DNA of 64,000 nt from a bacterium (GTDB taxonomy: Bacteria; Planctomycetota; UBA8108; UBA1146): NCBI GenBank assembly GCA_029976805.1, contig JAPOLY010000002.1, forward strand, positions 23,502-87,501. Reading direction: 5' to 3'. The translations under genes and the position numbers were made by a program. Numbering within the stretch: position 1 is the first letter of the stretch; the number at the start of each line of letters is the position of its first letter. Below are positions 27,637 through 36,508 of the stretch, piece by piece. The notes beneath the pieces are model-generated. The model worked only from the letters and a program-made list of their open reading frames with translations, ran no database searches and was not told the origin of the DNA.

Positions 27637-29682
27637 TCAGGGACAAGATGGGTGTTCAGTGCATGAGAAGTGAGCCTCAACAGGCGCAATTCCACACTCG
27701 GGGAATGGCGAAGGTGGATTGGCTCCACCAGAGAACTCATAGAAGAGCAGGTAGAGGCCGTCAGAAATATCCAGGAATCCATCCCCATTGGCATCGGCGG
27801 CTTCTTCACAGTTGATGATCACGAGATCACCGAAAACCCTTGAGATCAGCAGCACCGCGTCTGCCAGCCGGACTCCGGGGGTGCCATCTGCATCTCCACG
27901 GATAAAAGTCGGTTCGCATTCATCCACATACCCATTGCCATTCGTGTTCAACAGCGGATCACTCAAATCGCAATCATCCGGATGCAGGTTACCGTTGCAA
28001 TCCTCGACCACTCCGGAAAGGACTGCACAAACATCGGGCAGACCATCCTGATCGCAATCGTCTTCACAGATATCAGGGAGGCCATTCCCATCGCAGTCTG
28101 ACAACTGACCATTACTGATCTCACACTCATCCAGCTGGCCATTCTGATCGCAATCCTCTGAAGGATTGAGAACTTCACAGACGTCCGGTTCTCCATTTTG
28201 ATTGCAATCTTCCTGACAAATGTCGGGAATCAAATCCTCATTACAGTCGGAGACCAAACCCAAAGTCGTTGCGCATTCATCCGGGACACCGTCTGCATCA
28301 CAATCCGCTACTCCGCCTGAAAGTGTGGAACAACTATCGGGAATGAGGTCTCCGTCACAATCCGCAACAAGGCCCTGGGCGATGGCACAGGAATCCGGGA
28401 TACCGTCGAGATCACAATCGATTGTTGCACCTGTGACGATTTCACAGGCATCCGGTTCACCGTCCCCATTGCAATCCTGATCACCACTGACCGAGTACTT
28501 CACGCCCCCTCCCAGAACAGCGGCACTCGAATCGAGGGGGGCTCCTGCGAAGATCATTCCCTTGTCAATGGCAAGAGCGGTTCCCAGAAAAGACCCTGCG
28601 TATCCAGTCATGTCACTCTCGTGAACCCACTCTTGAAGATAGCGGTAGATCCGTACTCTTCCGGTTGGCATTGCCTCGTTGCCCATGTCCATCGGCGATC
28701 CCACTGCCAATAGATTTCCGTCGATGGCAAGGGTCGCCCCAAATCCAGTTCCAGAAGAACCACTGTCCGGTGTCAGGAAAGGCTGAAGAATCCAGATCGA
28801 GTTTGACCGGCGATAGGAAACTACCTGTCCGGCAAAGGGCCCGGAAAAACTGGAATAGGGGCTACCTATGAAAGCGTAATCATCCAGGAGACTGACAGAG
28901 GTTCCAAATCTGTCCCCCGGCTGTGCCACATTGTTGCCAAATCTGGCCGATTCAAACCAACCGTCAGGACCGCCTGAATAAAGAATGGCAATTCCGCTAT
29001 CGATCCCTGAAGCATCTCTGCCCGGAGATCCGACCAACAGTTGCCCGAGACTGTCTACCGATATGGAGGTTCCGAAGTTATCGCCTTCAACTCTGTCTTC
29101 GGCCAACAGTCTCTCTTCGAATTGCCATTGGCCCATGGAGTTCAGCCGCCAGACTGTGACGCAGCCTGCTTCACCGACATCGGTCGTGTATGTGGGACTT
29201 CCGACAACCAGTACACCGCCTTTGAGATCGAGACTGCTTCCAAAGCCATCCCCATCGACTCCCTGGCTGTCGATGATAATCGAGTGGTAAACCCACCCAA
29301 AACGGTCCCTCTTCCACATCTCGATGTATCCGAGCCCGATTGCACCGATGGCGAGCCAGTTTTCATCCGCTGCCAAAGAAGATCCGTACTCAGCCCCGGA
29401 CAATCCACTGAAGACATGCTCCAACTGGTATCCGGAAACCCCTCTCCTGAATGAACGGACACTTCCACTAAGGAAGCCTCCGCCATCGTCACCGATGGCA
29501 CCGACAAAAACCCGGCCTCCACTGACGGCAACAGAGCGCCCAACCCGGTCCCCGGGATTAATCCCAAAGACCTGCAAATCATCTTCCACGCACTGCGACC
29601 AGAGCTGAGAACCCTGAAGCATTGCAATCAGGCAGAGGATCTGAATAGACAACCGGAAAATCCGGGAAAATTGGGGTGGCAT
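27637..29682 (-). CDS. Secreted FG-GAP (integrin-alpha-like) repeat protein with a Cys-rich DCxxxGxPDxC repeat array and a dockerin-like C-terminus
   Basis: Signal peptide. Repeated GDxFGxSVA...G.P motifs (residues ~40-395). 10-11 DC(D/N)xxGxPDxC units. FIRGDADGTPGVRLADA...DANGDGFLDISDGLYLL...PFP. Confidence 0.75.
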   Translation of the reverse strand: MPPQFSRIFRLSIQILCLIAMLQGSQLWSQCVEDDLQVFGINPGDRVGRSVAVSGGRVFVGAIGDDGGGFLSGSVRSFRRGVSGYQLEHVFSGLSGAEYGSSLAADENWLAIGAIGLGYIEMWKRDRFGWVYHSIIIDSQGVDGDGFGSSLDLKGGVLVVGSPTYTTDVGEAGCVTVWRLNSMGQWQFEERLLAEDRVEGDNFGTSISVDSLGQLLVGSPGRDASGIDSGIAILYSGGPDGWFESARFGNNVAQPGDRFGTSVSLLDDYAFIGSPYSSFSGPFAGQVVSYRRSNSIWILQPFLTPDSGSSGTGFGATLAIDGNLLAVGSPMDMGNEAMPTGRVRIYRYLQEWVHESDMTGYAGSFLGTALAIDKGMIFAGAPLDSSAAVLGGGVKYSVSGDQDCNGDGEPDACEIVTGATIDCDLDGIPDSCAIAQGLVADCDGDLIPDSCSTLSGGVADCDADGVPDECATTLGLVSDCNEDLIPDICQEDCNQNGEPDVCEVLNPSEDCDQNGQLDECEISNGQLSDCDGNGLPDICEDDCDQDGLPDVCAVLSGVVEDCNGNLHPDDCDLSDPLLNTNGNGYVDECEPTFIRGDADGTPGVRLADAVLLISRVFGDLVIINCEEAADANGDGFLDISDGLYLLFYEFSGGANPPSPFPECGIAPVEAHFSCTEHPSCP
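27913..28482 (-). repeat. In-frame array of 10-11 degenerate repeats encoding DC(D/N)xxG(x)PDxC units, mostly at 19-codon period
   Basis: Units DCNGDGEPDAC, DCDLDGIPDSC, DCDGDLIPDSC, DCDADGVPDEC, DCNEDLIPDIC, DCNQNGEPDVC, DCDQNGQLDEC, DCDGNGLPDIC, DCDQDGLPDVC and DCNGNLHPDDC, read from the translation. Confidence 0.8.
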
Positions 29683-29764
29683 TTCGGGACCATTCTCACA
29701 GGGGATGAACGCGCTCAGAGGGCGTACTGCAGGAACACTGTGAGATCAATTCAAGCCGTCCTTC

Positions 29765-29801
29765 CGGAAGTGTCAATCCCGGAAGGACGGCCCAATCACG
29801 T
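29765..29801 (-). terminator. Strong hairpin after the amidohydrolase operon (probable terminator or RNA-stability element)
   Basis: GCCGTCCTTCCGG-11 nt-CCGGAAGGACGGC: perfect 13-bp stem 20 nt downstream of the stop at 29821. The tail on the minus strand is only partly T-rich. Confidence 0.55.
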
Positions 29802-29820
29802 GAGTCATAAAAGGCAGAGA

Positions 29821-31227
29821 CTAGCCTTTAAGGGGATCTCCCAATCGGCGTGGCCAGTGATCATCCGGCGGCGGAGCGTCGAGATCACCATCGGGTCTGA
29901 TGTGATCCAGAATGCCCTCTTCCTCCTTGTCGTACTGAATCTTGCCGTTGACGAAAGCCCAACGAACCAGAGTCATGTAACTGAGCAGGTCTCCGTCGGT
30001 AATGATGAAGTCGGCATCTTTTCCCACCTCAAGGGAGCCCACACGATCAGCCACACCCAGCAATCTCGCAGGTTCGATGGTGATCGCTTCGATGGCCACC
30101 TGTTCCGGCAACCCACCACGCACTGCAAAGGCCGCCTCCAGGGGAAGGTGAGACAAATCCCGCCCGGCAAGTCCCCAGAGAGCAATCCCTGTGTTTTGAG
30201 GAATGATGACCAACGGCACACCGGCATCGTGGAGCAACTTGGCATTCTCAATGCTCGATCCACTTTCACGATTGAGGTCCTCATTGGCATTCACGCGGGC
30301 GCGAGGTGAAATGACGGCACTGGCTCCGGCTCTCGAAAGAACCCCGGGATCGATCCATCCCTCTTCGGCTAATTCAAAGACGATTTCAAAACCGTATTTG
30401 CGGGCCAACGCAGAATACTCGCGAATCTCCGCCATCGAACGTGAACGAACCAGAGCCTGGCTTTGTCCGGTGAGAAGACTGCGAACCGTGGCGTAGATCC
30501 CCTTGATCCATTTGTCATCGGGGGCTTTCGCTTCCGGATCTTTCTTTTTCTCCTCAGCGTGGCGCTCCAACGCTCTCAGGTGCTCTTGAACCCGATCCAT
30601 CGCACGGCGCAGTTCACTGCGGCCTCTGGGATTCCTGTAGCTGTAATTGATACTGCTGAAGGATTTGGGGCGGATCGTCAGATCCTCAAGGCTTCCATGA
30701 ACCAGCTTGGTGACTCTCGAGCCATTCCAGGTAGCAGTAATACCGGCGGCCAGACCCATCGTCGTGTCGAGATCAAAGGGGTCCTGGCTCTTCTCCGCTT
30801 CACCGGAGCCCACCAGTCCGGAAGAACGAAACGCCACCAGACCCGGATAGACATGGTGCCCCGTCGCGTCGACCACCTCTGCCCCCTCGGGGCCATCCAC
30901 AGGACCGGCAACGATCTGGTAGATCTTGCCGTTCTTGCAGATCAGGGTTCCGTTCCGGTGTGTTCCACCTGTCACGGTGTGAAGGGTGGCCCCGCGAATG
31001 ACAAGGTATTCATCCTCTGAGTCCGCGGCGACGATCTCCTTCTTCTCCGGCTCCGGTTCCGGTGCGGGAGGAGGAGCCTGGCGACGGCGTCCACGACGAC
31101 GGCGCGGTGGATCCTGTGCTTCCGAGATGCTCTCGCTCAGACTATAGCCACCCGGAATCACCGGCATGTCCGTGAAGACGATGACAAAAGCCAACAGAGC
31201 GGTGATGATTCGAATATTCTTCAACAT
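29821..31227 (-). CDS. Secreted amidohydrolase-fold protein, degenerate metal site (operon position 8 of 8)
   Basis: Signal anchor MLKNIRIITALLAFVIVF. PGLVAFRSSG replaces the HxH motif. C-terminal family motif GSLEVGKDADFIITDGD. TGATG overlap with the upstream gene. Confidence 0.75.
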   Translation of the reverse strand: MLKNIRIITALLAFVIVFTDMPVIPGGYSLSESISEAQDPPRRRRGRRRQAPPPAPEPEPEKKEIVAADSEDEYLVIRGATLHTVTGGTHRNGTLICKNGKIYQIVAGPVDGPEGAEVVDATGHHVYPGLVAFRSSGLVGSGEAEKSQDPFDLDTTMGLAAGITATWNGSRVTKLVHGSLEDLTIRPKSFSSINYSYRNPRGRSELRRAMDRVQEHLRALERHAEEKKKDPEAKAPDDKWIKGIYATVRSLLTGQSQALVRSRSMAEIREYSALARKYGFEIVFELAEEGWIDPGVLSRAGASAVISPRARVNANEDLNRESGSSIENAKLLHDAGVPLVIIPQNTGIALWGLAGRDLSHLPLEAAFAVRGGLPEQVAIEAITIEPARLLGVADRVGSLEVGKDADFIITDGDLLSYMTLVRWAFVNGKIQYDKEEEGILDHIRPDGDLDAPPPDDHWPRRLGDPLKG

Positions 31228-32546
31228 CAGCGATCCTCCCGATCCCAGACCACTTCACCGGAGATCATGGTCTTCATGACTTTCACCCCCGGGTCGAGTA
31301 ACGATCCATTGAGAAGAATCAGGTGGGCCGCTTTGCCCTCCTCGATCGTCCCCATTTGATCGCCCAGTCCCAGAAACTCCGCCGGAGCAGAAGTCAGTGA
31401 GGCGATCGCATCCTTTTCAGACATGCCATATCGAACCTGCTCCGCCAGATATCCCGGCAGCTCTCTCATGCCACTGGCACTGTCTGCACGCGGCAGGCTG
31501 ATCACAGAACATCCTCCCCGTGAAAGTGCCGCAGGGACATGGTAGCGATAGTAGGTATCGGGCAGAACACTCATTCCGGGGGGGATCATGACCGTCGCCT
31601 TGCGTTCGATCAGTTCATCGACCACTTCATGGAACGCACCGTTGCGGGCTCCCGGCAAGACGAAAATCGATGCTGGATCTCGATCCTCCAGCTCCTTGAC
31701 GCTCGACATGGCCGCATCCACGTGCAGCATTGAACCGGGAGATGAGATCGAGATCACCAACGGCATGGCGGAAGATTTCTCTTCGAGAATATCCACCAAC
31801 GGAACCAGAGCCGGATTCATCGGCGGAGCCTTGAACTCTTTGGGACCTTCGTCTTTTTTGGACTTGTCCCCCTTCTCGGCTGCAGCCTTGTCCTTGTCTC
31901 CTTTTTCCGCTTCCTTCTTCTTCGCCTCTTCAGCGGCCTTCTTGGCCTCTTCCTGCTTTTTGTCCCACTCTTCGCGGGCCTTCTTCACCTTTTCGATTTC
32001 CTTGCGGGCACCGTCAAAGGCCTGAGACACGGTTCGGTAGAGTGAAGTAGAGCCTGTCACCGTCAGCGGCAGATAGACCGACTCCTTGAGGATCCGGTTT
32101 TCTGCTTCAGGTGCGGTGTGCACGATGACTGCCTGACCATGAAATCCGGTTCCGGCAGGAACAAAGGCGGCAGCAACAAATCCCGCCTCAAGGAAAGATT
32201 CCCAGTCCATTTCCCCATCGACCCAGCGATTGAGAACCGTCTGGTCACAGCCCACACCGCTGACTCTTCCACCAACCAGCCCCTGGCTCGTTCGCGAAAG
32301 GACCAGACCCGCCATCAGCGTCTGATTCCGGGCCTCAATAATTTTGGCGTTGTCAGGAATCTCGAGCTGGTTGCCAATCAGGGTGATCTTGCCATCTTCG
32401 ATGACGACTTCACCGGGACTGATCGTCTCGCCGGTACCCGTGATCACGGAGCCTGCACGAATGACCGTAACCCGGTCCCCCGCCAGCAGATCCGTGGAGA
32501 CCCCCGCCAACAGGGCAAGGATCCAGGTCCATTTAATGATTCTCAT
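31227..32546 (-). CDS. Secreted amidohydrolase-fold protein, degenerate metal site (position 7 of 8)
   Basis: Signal peptide MRIIKWTWILALLAGVSTDLLAG. AGLVLSRTSQG replaces HxH. Lys/Glu-rich insert KKAREEWDKKQEEAKKAAEEAKKKEAEKGDKDK. C-terminal GTIEEGKAAHLILLNG. Confidence 0.75.
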   Translation of the reverse strand: MRIIKWTWILALLAGVSTDLLAGDRVTVIRAGSVITGTGETISPGEVVIEDGKITLIGNQLEIPDNAKIIEARNQTLMAGLVLSRTSQGLVGGRVSGVGCDQTVLNRWVDGEMDWESFLEAGFVAAAFVPAGTGFHGQAVIVHTAPEAENRILKESVYLPLTVTGSTSLYRTVSQAFDGARKEIEKVKKAREEWDKKQEEAKKAAEEAKKKEAEKGDKDKAAAEKGDKSKKDEGPKEFKAPPMNPALVPLVDILEEKSSAMPLVISISSPGSMLHVDAAMSSVKELEDRDPASIFVLPGARNGAFHEVVDELIERKATVMIPPGMSVLPDTYYRYHVPAALSRGGCSVISLPRADSASGMRELPGYLAEQVRYGMSEKDAIASLTSAPAEFLGLGDQMGTIEEGKAAHLILLNGSLLDPGVKVMKTMISGEVVWDREDR

Positions 32547-33787
32547 TAGAAAACCCTCTTCTCACTGGCTTCGTAGGTGACTTCACCATCGATCACCGTC
32601 ATCTCGCAGGATGAACGGGGGTCGATCGGATCACCGGTCCAAAGGCAAAAATCTGCGTCGAGGCCCACAGTGATGCTGCCGAGACGATGGTCCATCATCA
32701 GTGCTTCCGCGGGGATTTTAGTGATCCCCTTCAGCGCCTCGTAGGGTTTCCAGCCGTAGTAGCAGGCCATGCTCGCCTGATAGGCCAACTCTTCCTGCGG
32801 CACCACCGGAGAGTCAGTATTGATACCCAGCTTGCGGACACCCCCCTGCCACCAGCGGGCAGCATTGCCCATCAGTCGTCTCTGGGTGCGATCGTAGTGG
32901 AGCTGTCTCGGTCCATTGATGGTGTAAATCGACTCGTCCGCGTTGACGAGCGGAGCGACTTTCCAGGCGTCGAAAGTGGAGTGATCCAGCACCGTGCGGA
33001 TGTTGAATTCTCCTGCAACCATTTTGACTGTGGTCATCAGCACCTGGTAAATCTGAGTGTGAACCGAAGCCACCGTTTCACGACGGAACAGCGGTCGAAA
33101 CTCTTCCCAGTTCAGATTGAAGGCGGGCTCGACCTCGAGGCGACCTTCTTCCCACTCGGTTCTGGCCAAGTGGTAATCCCGCGCTTTGCGCAGGGTCTGA
33201 CGGGTGTTGAAGTTCATGAAGGAACGTCCCACACCGTAGAAGTAACGCTCCGGGTTTCCTGCCTGGGCGATCTTCAGGGATCCGGGAGCCTTGATGACGG
33301 ATTCCGCAACAGTGCCCTCGGAAGTCTTCATGATCGTACCGAAGCCGGACATGTTGTTTCCGCTACCCGGGATCGTCAGCACCGTCGTCACACCACCGGC
33401 GCGAGCGCGAATCATCTCCGGGTTGTCGGGGACGATGGATTCCAGCGTGCGCAATCCGGGGTTTGTCAGATAGACGTAATCATGAAGGTCTGGAGAGCCG
33501 CCTCCGGTGTGGTTGTGACACTCGACAAAGCCGGGAACCAGCCACAGGTTCTTGTGCTCAAAGACCTTTGCTCCGGGGGGGATCATGATCTCTTTCGATT
33601 TCCCCACCGCCGTGATCTTACCATTTTCGACGATCACGGTTGCGTTGTTGATCACACGCTCTTCGGTATCAAAGGTCACCACCTTGCCGACCTTGAATGC
33701 CAGGGTCTCGGCGGTTGCATCCGCAGAAAGACATACGAGGAACAGGAAGGCCAGACTGAAAATCCATTGATTGGCAGAGATCCTCAT
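32546..33787 (-). CDS. Secreted amidohydrolase (COG1228-like), the only paralog with an intact HxH motif (position 6 of 8)
   Basis: Signal peptide. PGFVECHNHTGG (HxH), later His residues (ASVHTQ, VLDHST), GINTDSPV (Asp) and C-terminal GSITVGLDADFCLWTGDP. Confidence 0.85.
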   Translation of the reverse strand: MRISANQWIFSLAFLFLVCLSADATAETLAFKVGKVVTFDTEERVINNATVIVENGKITAVGKSKEIMIPPGAKVFEHKNLWLVPGFVECHNHTGGGSPDLHDYVYLTNPGLRTLESIVPDNPEMIRARAGGVTTVLTIPGSGNNMSGFGTIMKTSEGTVAESVIKAPGSLKIAQAGNPERYFYGVGRSFMNFNTRQTLRKARDYHLARTEWEEGRLEVEPAFNLNWEEFRPLFRRETVASVHTQIYQVLMTTVKMVAGEFNIRTVLDHSTFDAWKVAPLVNADESIYTINGPRQLHYDRTQRRLMGNAARWWQGGVRKLGINTDSPVVPQEELAYQASMACYYGWKPYEALKGITKIPAEALMMDHRLGSITVGLDADFCLWTGDPIDPRSSCEMTVIDGEVTYEASEKRVF

Positions 33788-36507
33788 CGTTGGACCTCCT
33801 CTCCATTGACAAATACCCTCTCGAGACGGCTACCCCCTTCGAAAGGATGTCCCTTCCAAATGAGCAGGTCTGCTTCCATGCCGACACCGATCTGACCGAT
33901 TCGGTCATGAGCACCGACCACCTTGGCCGCTCCACGGGTCAGCGCATCCAGCGCAGCATCCGCAGCCATTCCATTGGCCACTTCTCCTCGGACCCTGAAG
34001 GGCAATCTGCGGGCACCATCTGCGGCGGAACTTCTGAAGCCAACTGTCACTCCTGATCGTCCCAACCAGGTGGAGGGCATGTAGGTGGTGTCTGCAGCTT
34101 CGAAACTCATCTGATCCGGCAGCAACACGGGGATTTTCTTCTCCAGAAGAAGATCCTTGTGAAAGCGCATGAACTGATCGAGTTGAACGGCAAAAGGAAT
34201 CTCCTTGCCGGTGAAGTAATCGACCACGGACGGCAGGGTGTTGAAGCCTCTCACCGATACGAGAACCGGAATCTTCTTTTCCAGCACCGAACGGATCGGT
34301 TCCAGAGTCGCCCGGACTCTGGGCGGATTCGGTCGACCGTCTTCGTCCTGCTTCTTTCGACGGGTGACCTTGAAGGTTTTCGCCTCCTTGCTGGTCCGGG
34401 TCCCGGATAGATCCGCAGAGAAGGCCAGGATCGAAATCTTGCCCTCCATCGAATCTTCACCAATGAGCTCCGCTTCGATCCGCGGGGTATCCGGAAGATC
34501 TCCCTCGGGAACCTCGATGGTTCCCCGCAGAGTCGTCCCCTCAAGGGTGCCGACCATGCGCACCGGAACGGGCGGTGCAGGCTCGACCAGTCGACCCTCC
34601 CATTCTGATCCGGTCAGGGTGATCGAAAGAGTGGCGCTTTCAGGCTCGGGAATCGGACCACCACTGATGGTCATCTCCCAGATTCCGGTCAGGGGATCAT
34701 CCAGCTTTTCTTCCGGAACCTCCTCGACCTCCTCCTGCTTGCTCTTCTCTATCTTCTCCCCGGCTTCTTTTTTCTTCTTCCACTCGGCGAGATCTTTTTC
34801 GTATTTCTCCCATGACTCGAGGTACTTCTGCCCCTGATCAAAGAGACGACGAATCGCCCCGAATCCGCTATCAGAGATTTCCAGGAGAAGCATCGAATAG
34901 TGCTCGTCGATCCGCGCCTCACGGCTGTCGCCGGAAGTTTTGGCAAGAACCCCGACCCCTGCACCACGCTGCAGTCGCTTCGGTGCCAGCAACTGACTGG
35001 TCACTCCAGCCAGAGCCACGCTGTGCTCACGGTCGCCGGTCACACCCAGCGTTCGATGCAATCGATCTCCCGTTCCCATCGTGGCGGAGTCCCCCTCCAG
35101 TCCCAGATGGCCGTAACAATCGATAAATCCCGGGGCAAGAAAACTACCGGGTCCGGCGTCGATCACCTGACAATGCGGCGGGTGAGGAACACGGTGACCG
35201 ACCGCGGTAATCATACCGTTCTCGATCAGGACCTGAGCATCACTCAGCTGTTCCTCAGGAGAGATCCAGATCGTCTCCGCGCTGATCACTTTGGTGTGCT
35301 GCTCTTCCGGCTGCCACGCTCTCAGACCCTCGACAAAAACCTCGAGGGGACGGGCGTGAATCTTCCAGGGTGCATCATTCCAGACCACGATATCGGCGTC
35401 TGCTCCGGGATGGAGGTGTCCCACCCGGTCTGCAACTCCGAGGATGCGAGCTGCATTGTGAGTCACCCATGGAATCACCGATTCCGGGGAATCCATCGCA
35501 GCGGCCGCTTCACTCATCGCCCAACCCAATTGGGAAAGGTCATCACCGGGAGGGGCCAGCGCCCATGCGGGACTGTCCTTCAGGTGCGGAAAACCGTGGG
35601 AGCGAAGGACGCCTCCGTTGGGAATATCCCCCTGAGGTCCTCTCATGCGCAGGACCACCGGAACACCTGCAGCGGCCAGATCGGCTTCCATGGCGCCCAC
35701 CATCGCATCCGCCACAAGATATCCCTGACGATCCTCGGACTGCATCATCTGAAGCATGCCCTGGAGATCGGGAGCGGCATCCACAGAGATGCGCATGGGA
35801 ACACCGGTGCCCCAGACCTTGGCCAGCTCACCGTGAGCGAGAGAGTCTTTTCCCGCCATATCGATCGCCTCACGCAAGGCCAGAAGCCGATCGATTCGGC
35901 TTGCGGGTCTTTGTGGCGCGGGTGGTTCAATCTGAACATCACTGGAAGCGGGGAAGGGAATCTCCAGAAGAGGATCGGGATTGTCGACCCGGTCCCTGAG
36001 GGAGATCGCCAGATCGGATGAATCGACCAAAACCCTGCCAGAAGGAGCACCCTCCAGCTTCACCACCGCCCCCTGACCCGACAGCAGTCGGTGTTCACCG
36101 GGATTGACATGAATCGTGGTCACGCCTGTTTCCAGAAGCGGGCGATGATCTCCGTAGGTGTTGTATCCATCAACGGCCCGGAATGCGGCGGAAATCGACT
36201 CGTCACCACGGTGAGGACCGACAACCGCACTGGAGGCCGCAACAAGCCCGGGTGTCACATAGGCGTCGGGCCAATGCAACAGCGGAAGATCACCCACCAA
36301 ACCGGCAGAGATCTGGGCCCATGGACCGCTCTCCACGACACGGCCATCTCGAACAACGATGGCTCCATCTACCAGCGATTGCTGCCCGTTATGCAAATGC
36401 CCGGCGCGAAGAACAAAATCTCCGCCTGCCCGGACCTCTGCCGCTGGGAGCAACACCAGTATCAGGAGCAGTAACCCGGTCAGCCGGGTCCACTTGCCAG
36501 TCTGCAT
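33784..36507 (-). CDS. Secreted double amidohydrolase-fold protein (two tandem domains), both metal sites degenerate (position 5 of 8)
   Basis: Start MQTGKWTRLTGLLLLILVLLPAAEVRA at 36507, one nt after the upstream TAG stop. Domain 1 has PGLVAASSAV and GHLHPGADADIVVWND. Domain 2 has PGFIDCYGHLG (Tyr in place of the first His) and GQIGVGMEADLLIWKG. A charged insert lies between them. The track ORF extends to 36582. Confidence 0.75.
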   Translation of the reverse strand: MQTGKWTRLTGLLLLILVLLPAAEVRAGGDFVLRAGHLHNGQQSLVDGAIVVRDGRVVESGPWAQISAGLVGDLPLLHWPDAYVTPGLVAASSAVVGPHRGDESISAAFRAVDGYNTYGDHRPLLETGVTTIHVNPGEHRLLSGQGAVVKLEGAPSGRVLVDSSDLAISLRDRVDNPDPLLEIPFPASSDVQIEPPAPQRPASRIDRLLALREAIDMAGKDSLAHGELAKVWGTGVPMRISVDAAPDLQGMLQMMQSEDRQGYLVADAMVGAMEADLAAAGVPVVLRMRGPQGDIPNGGVLRSHGFPHLKDSPAWALAPPGDDLSQLGWAMSEAAAAMDSPESVIPWVTHNAARILGVADRVGHLHPGADADIVVWNDAPWKIHARPLEVFVEGLRAWQPEEQHTKVISAETIWISPEEQLSDAQVLIENGMITAVGHRVPHPPHCQVIDAGPGSFLAPGFIDCYGHLGLEGDSATMGTGDRLHRTLGVTGDREHSVALAGVTSQLLAPKRLQRGAGVGVLAKTSGDSREARIDEHYSMLLLEISDSGFGAIRRLFDQGQKYLESWEKYEKDLAEWKKKKEAGEKIEKSKQEEVEEVPEEKLDDPLTGIWEMTISGGPIPEPESATLSITLTGSEWEGRLVEPAPPVPVRMVGTLEGTTLRGTIEVPEGDLPDTPRIEAELIGEDSMEGKISILAFSADLSGTRTSKEAKTFKVTRRKKQDEDGRPNPPRVRATLEPIRSVLEKKIPVLVSVRGFNTLPSVVDYFTGKEIPFAVQLDQFMRFHKDLLLEKKIPVLLPDQMSFEAADTTYMPSTWLGRSGVTVGFRSSAADGARRLPFRVRGEVANGMAADAALDALTRGAAKVVGAHDRIGQIGVGMEADLLIWKGHPFEGGSRLERVFVNGEEVQR

Positions 36508-36508
36508 C

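Noticed and set aside
27913-28482. Periodic repeats checked as a possible CRISPR-like or other non-coding array
   Set aside because: The repeats are degenerate, in frame, and encode the DCxxxGxPDxC units of a continuous 681-aa ORF. There is no repeat-spacer structure.
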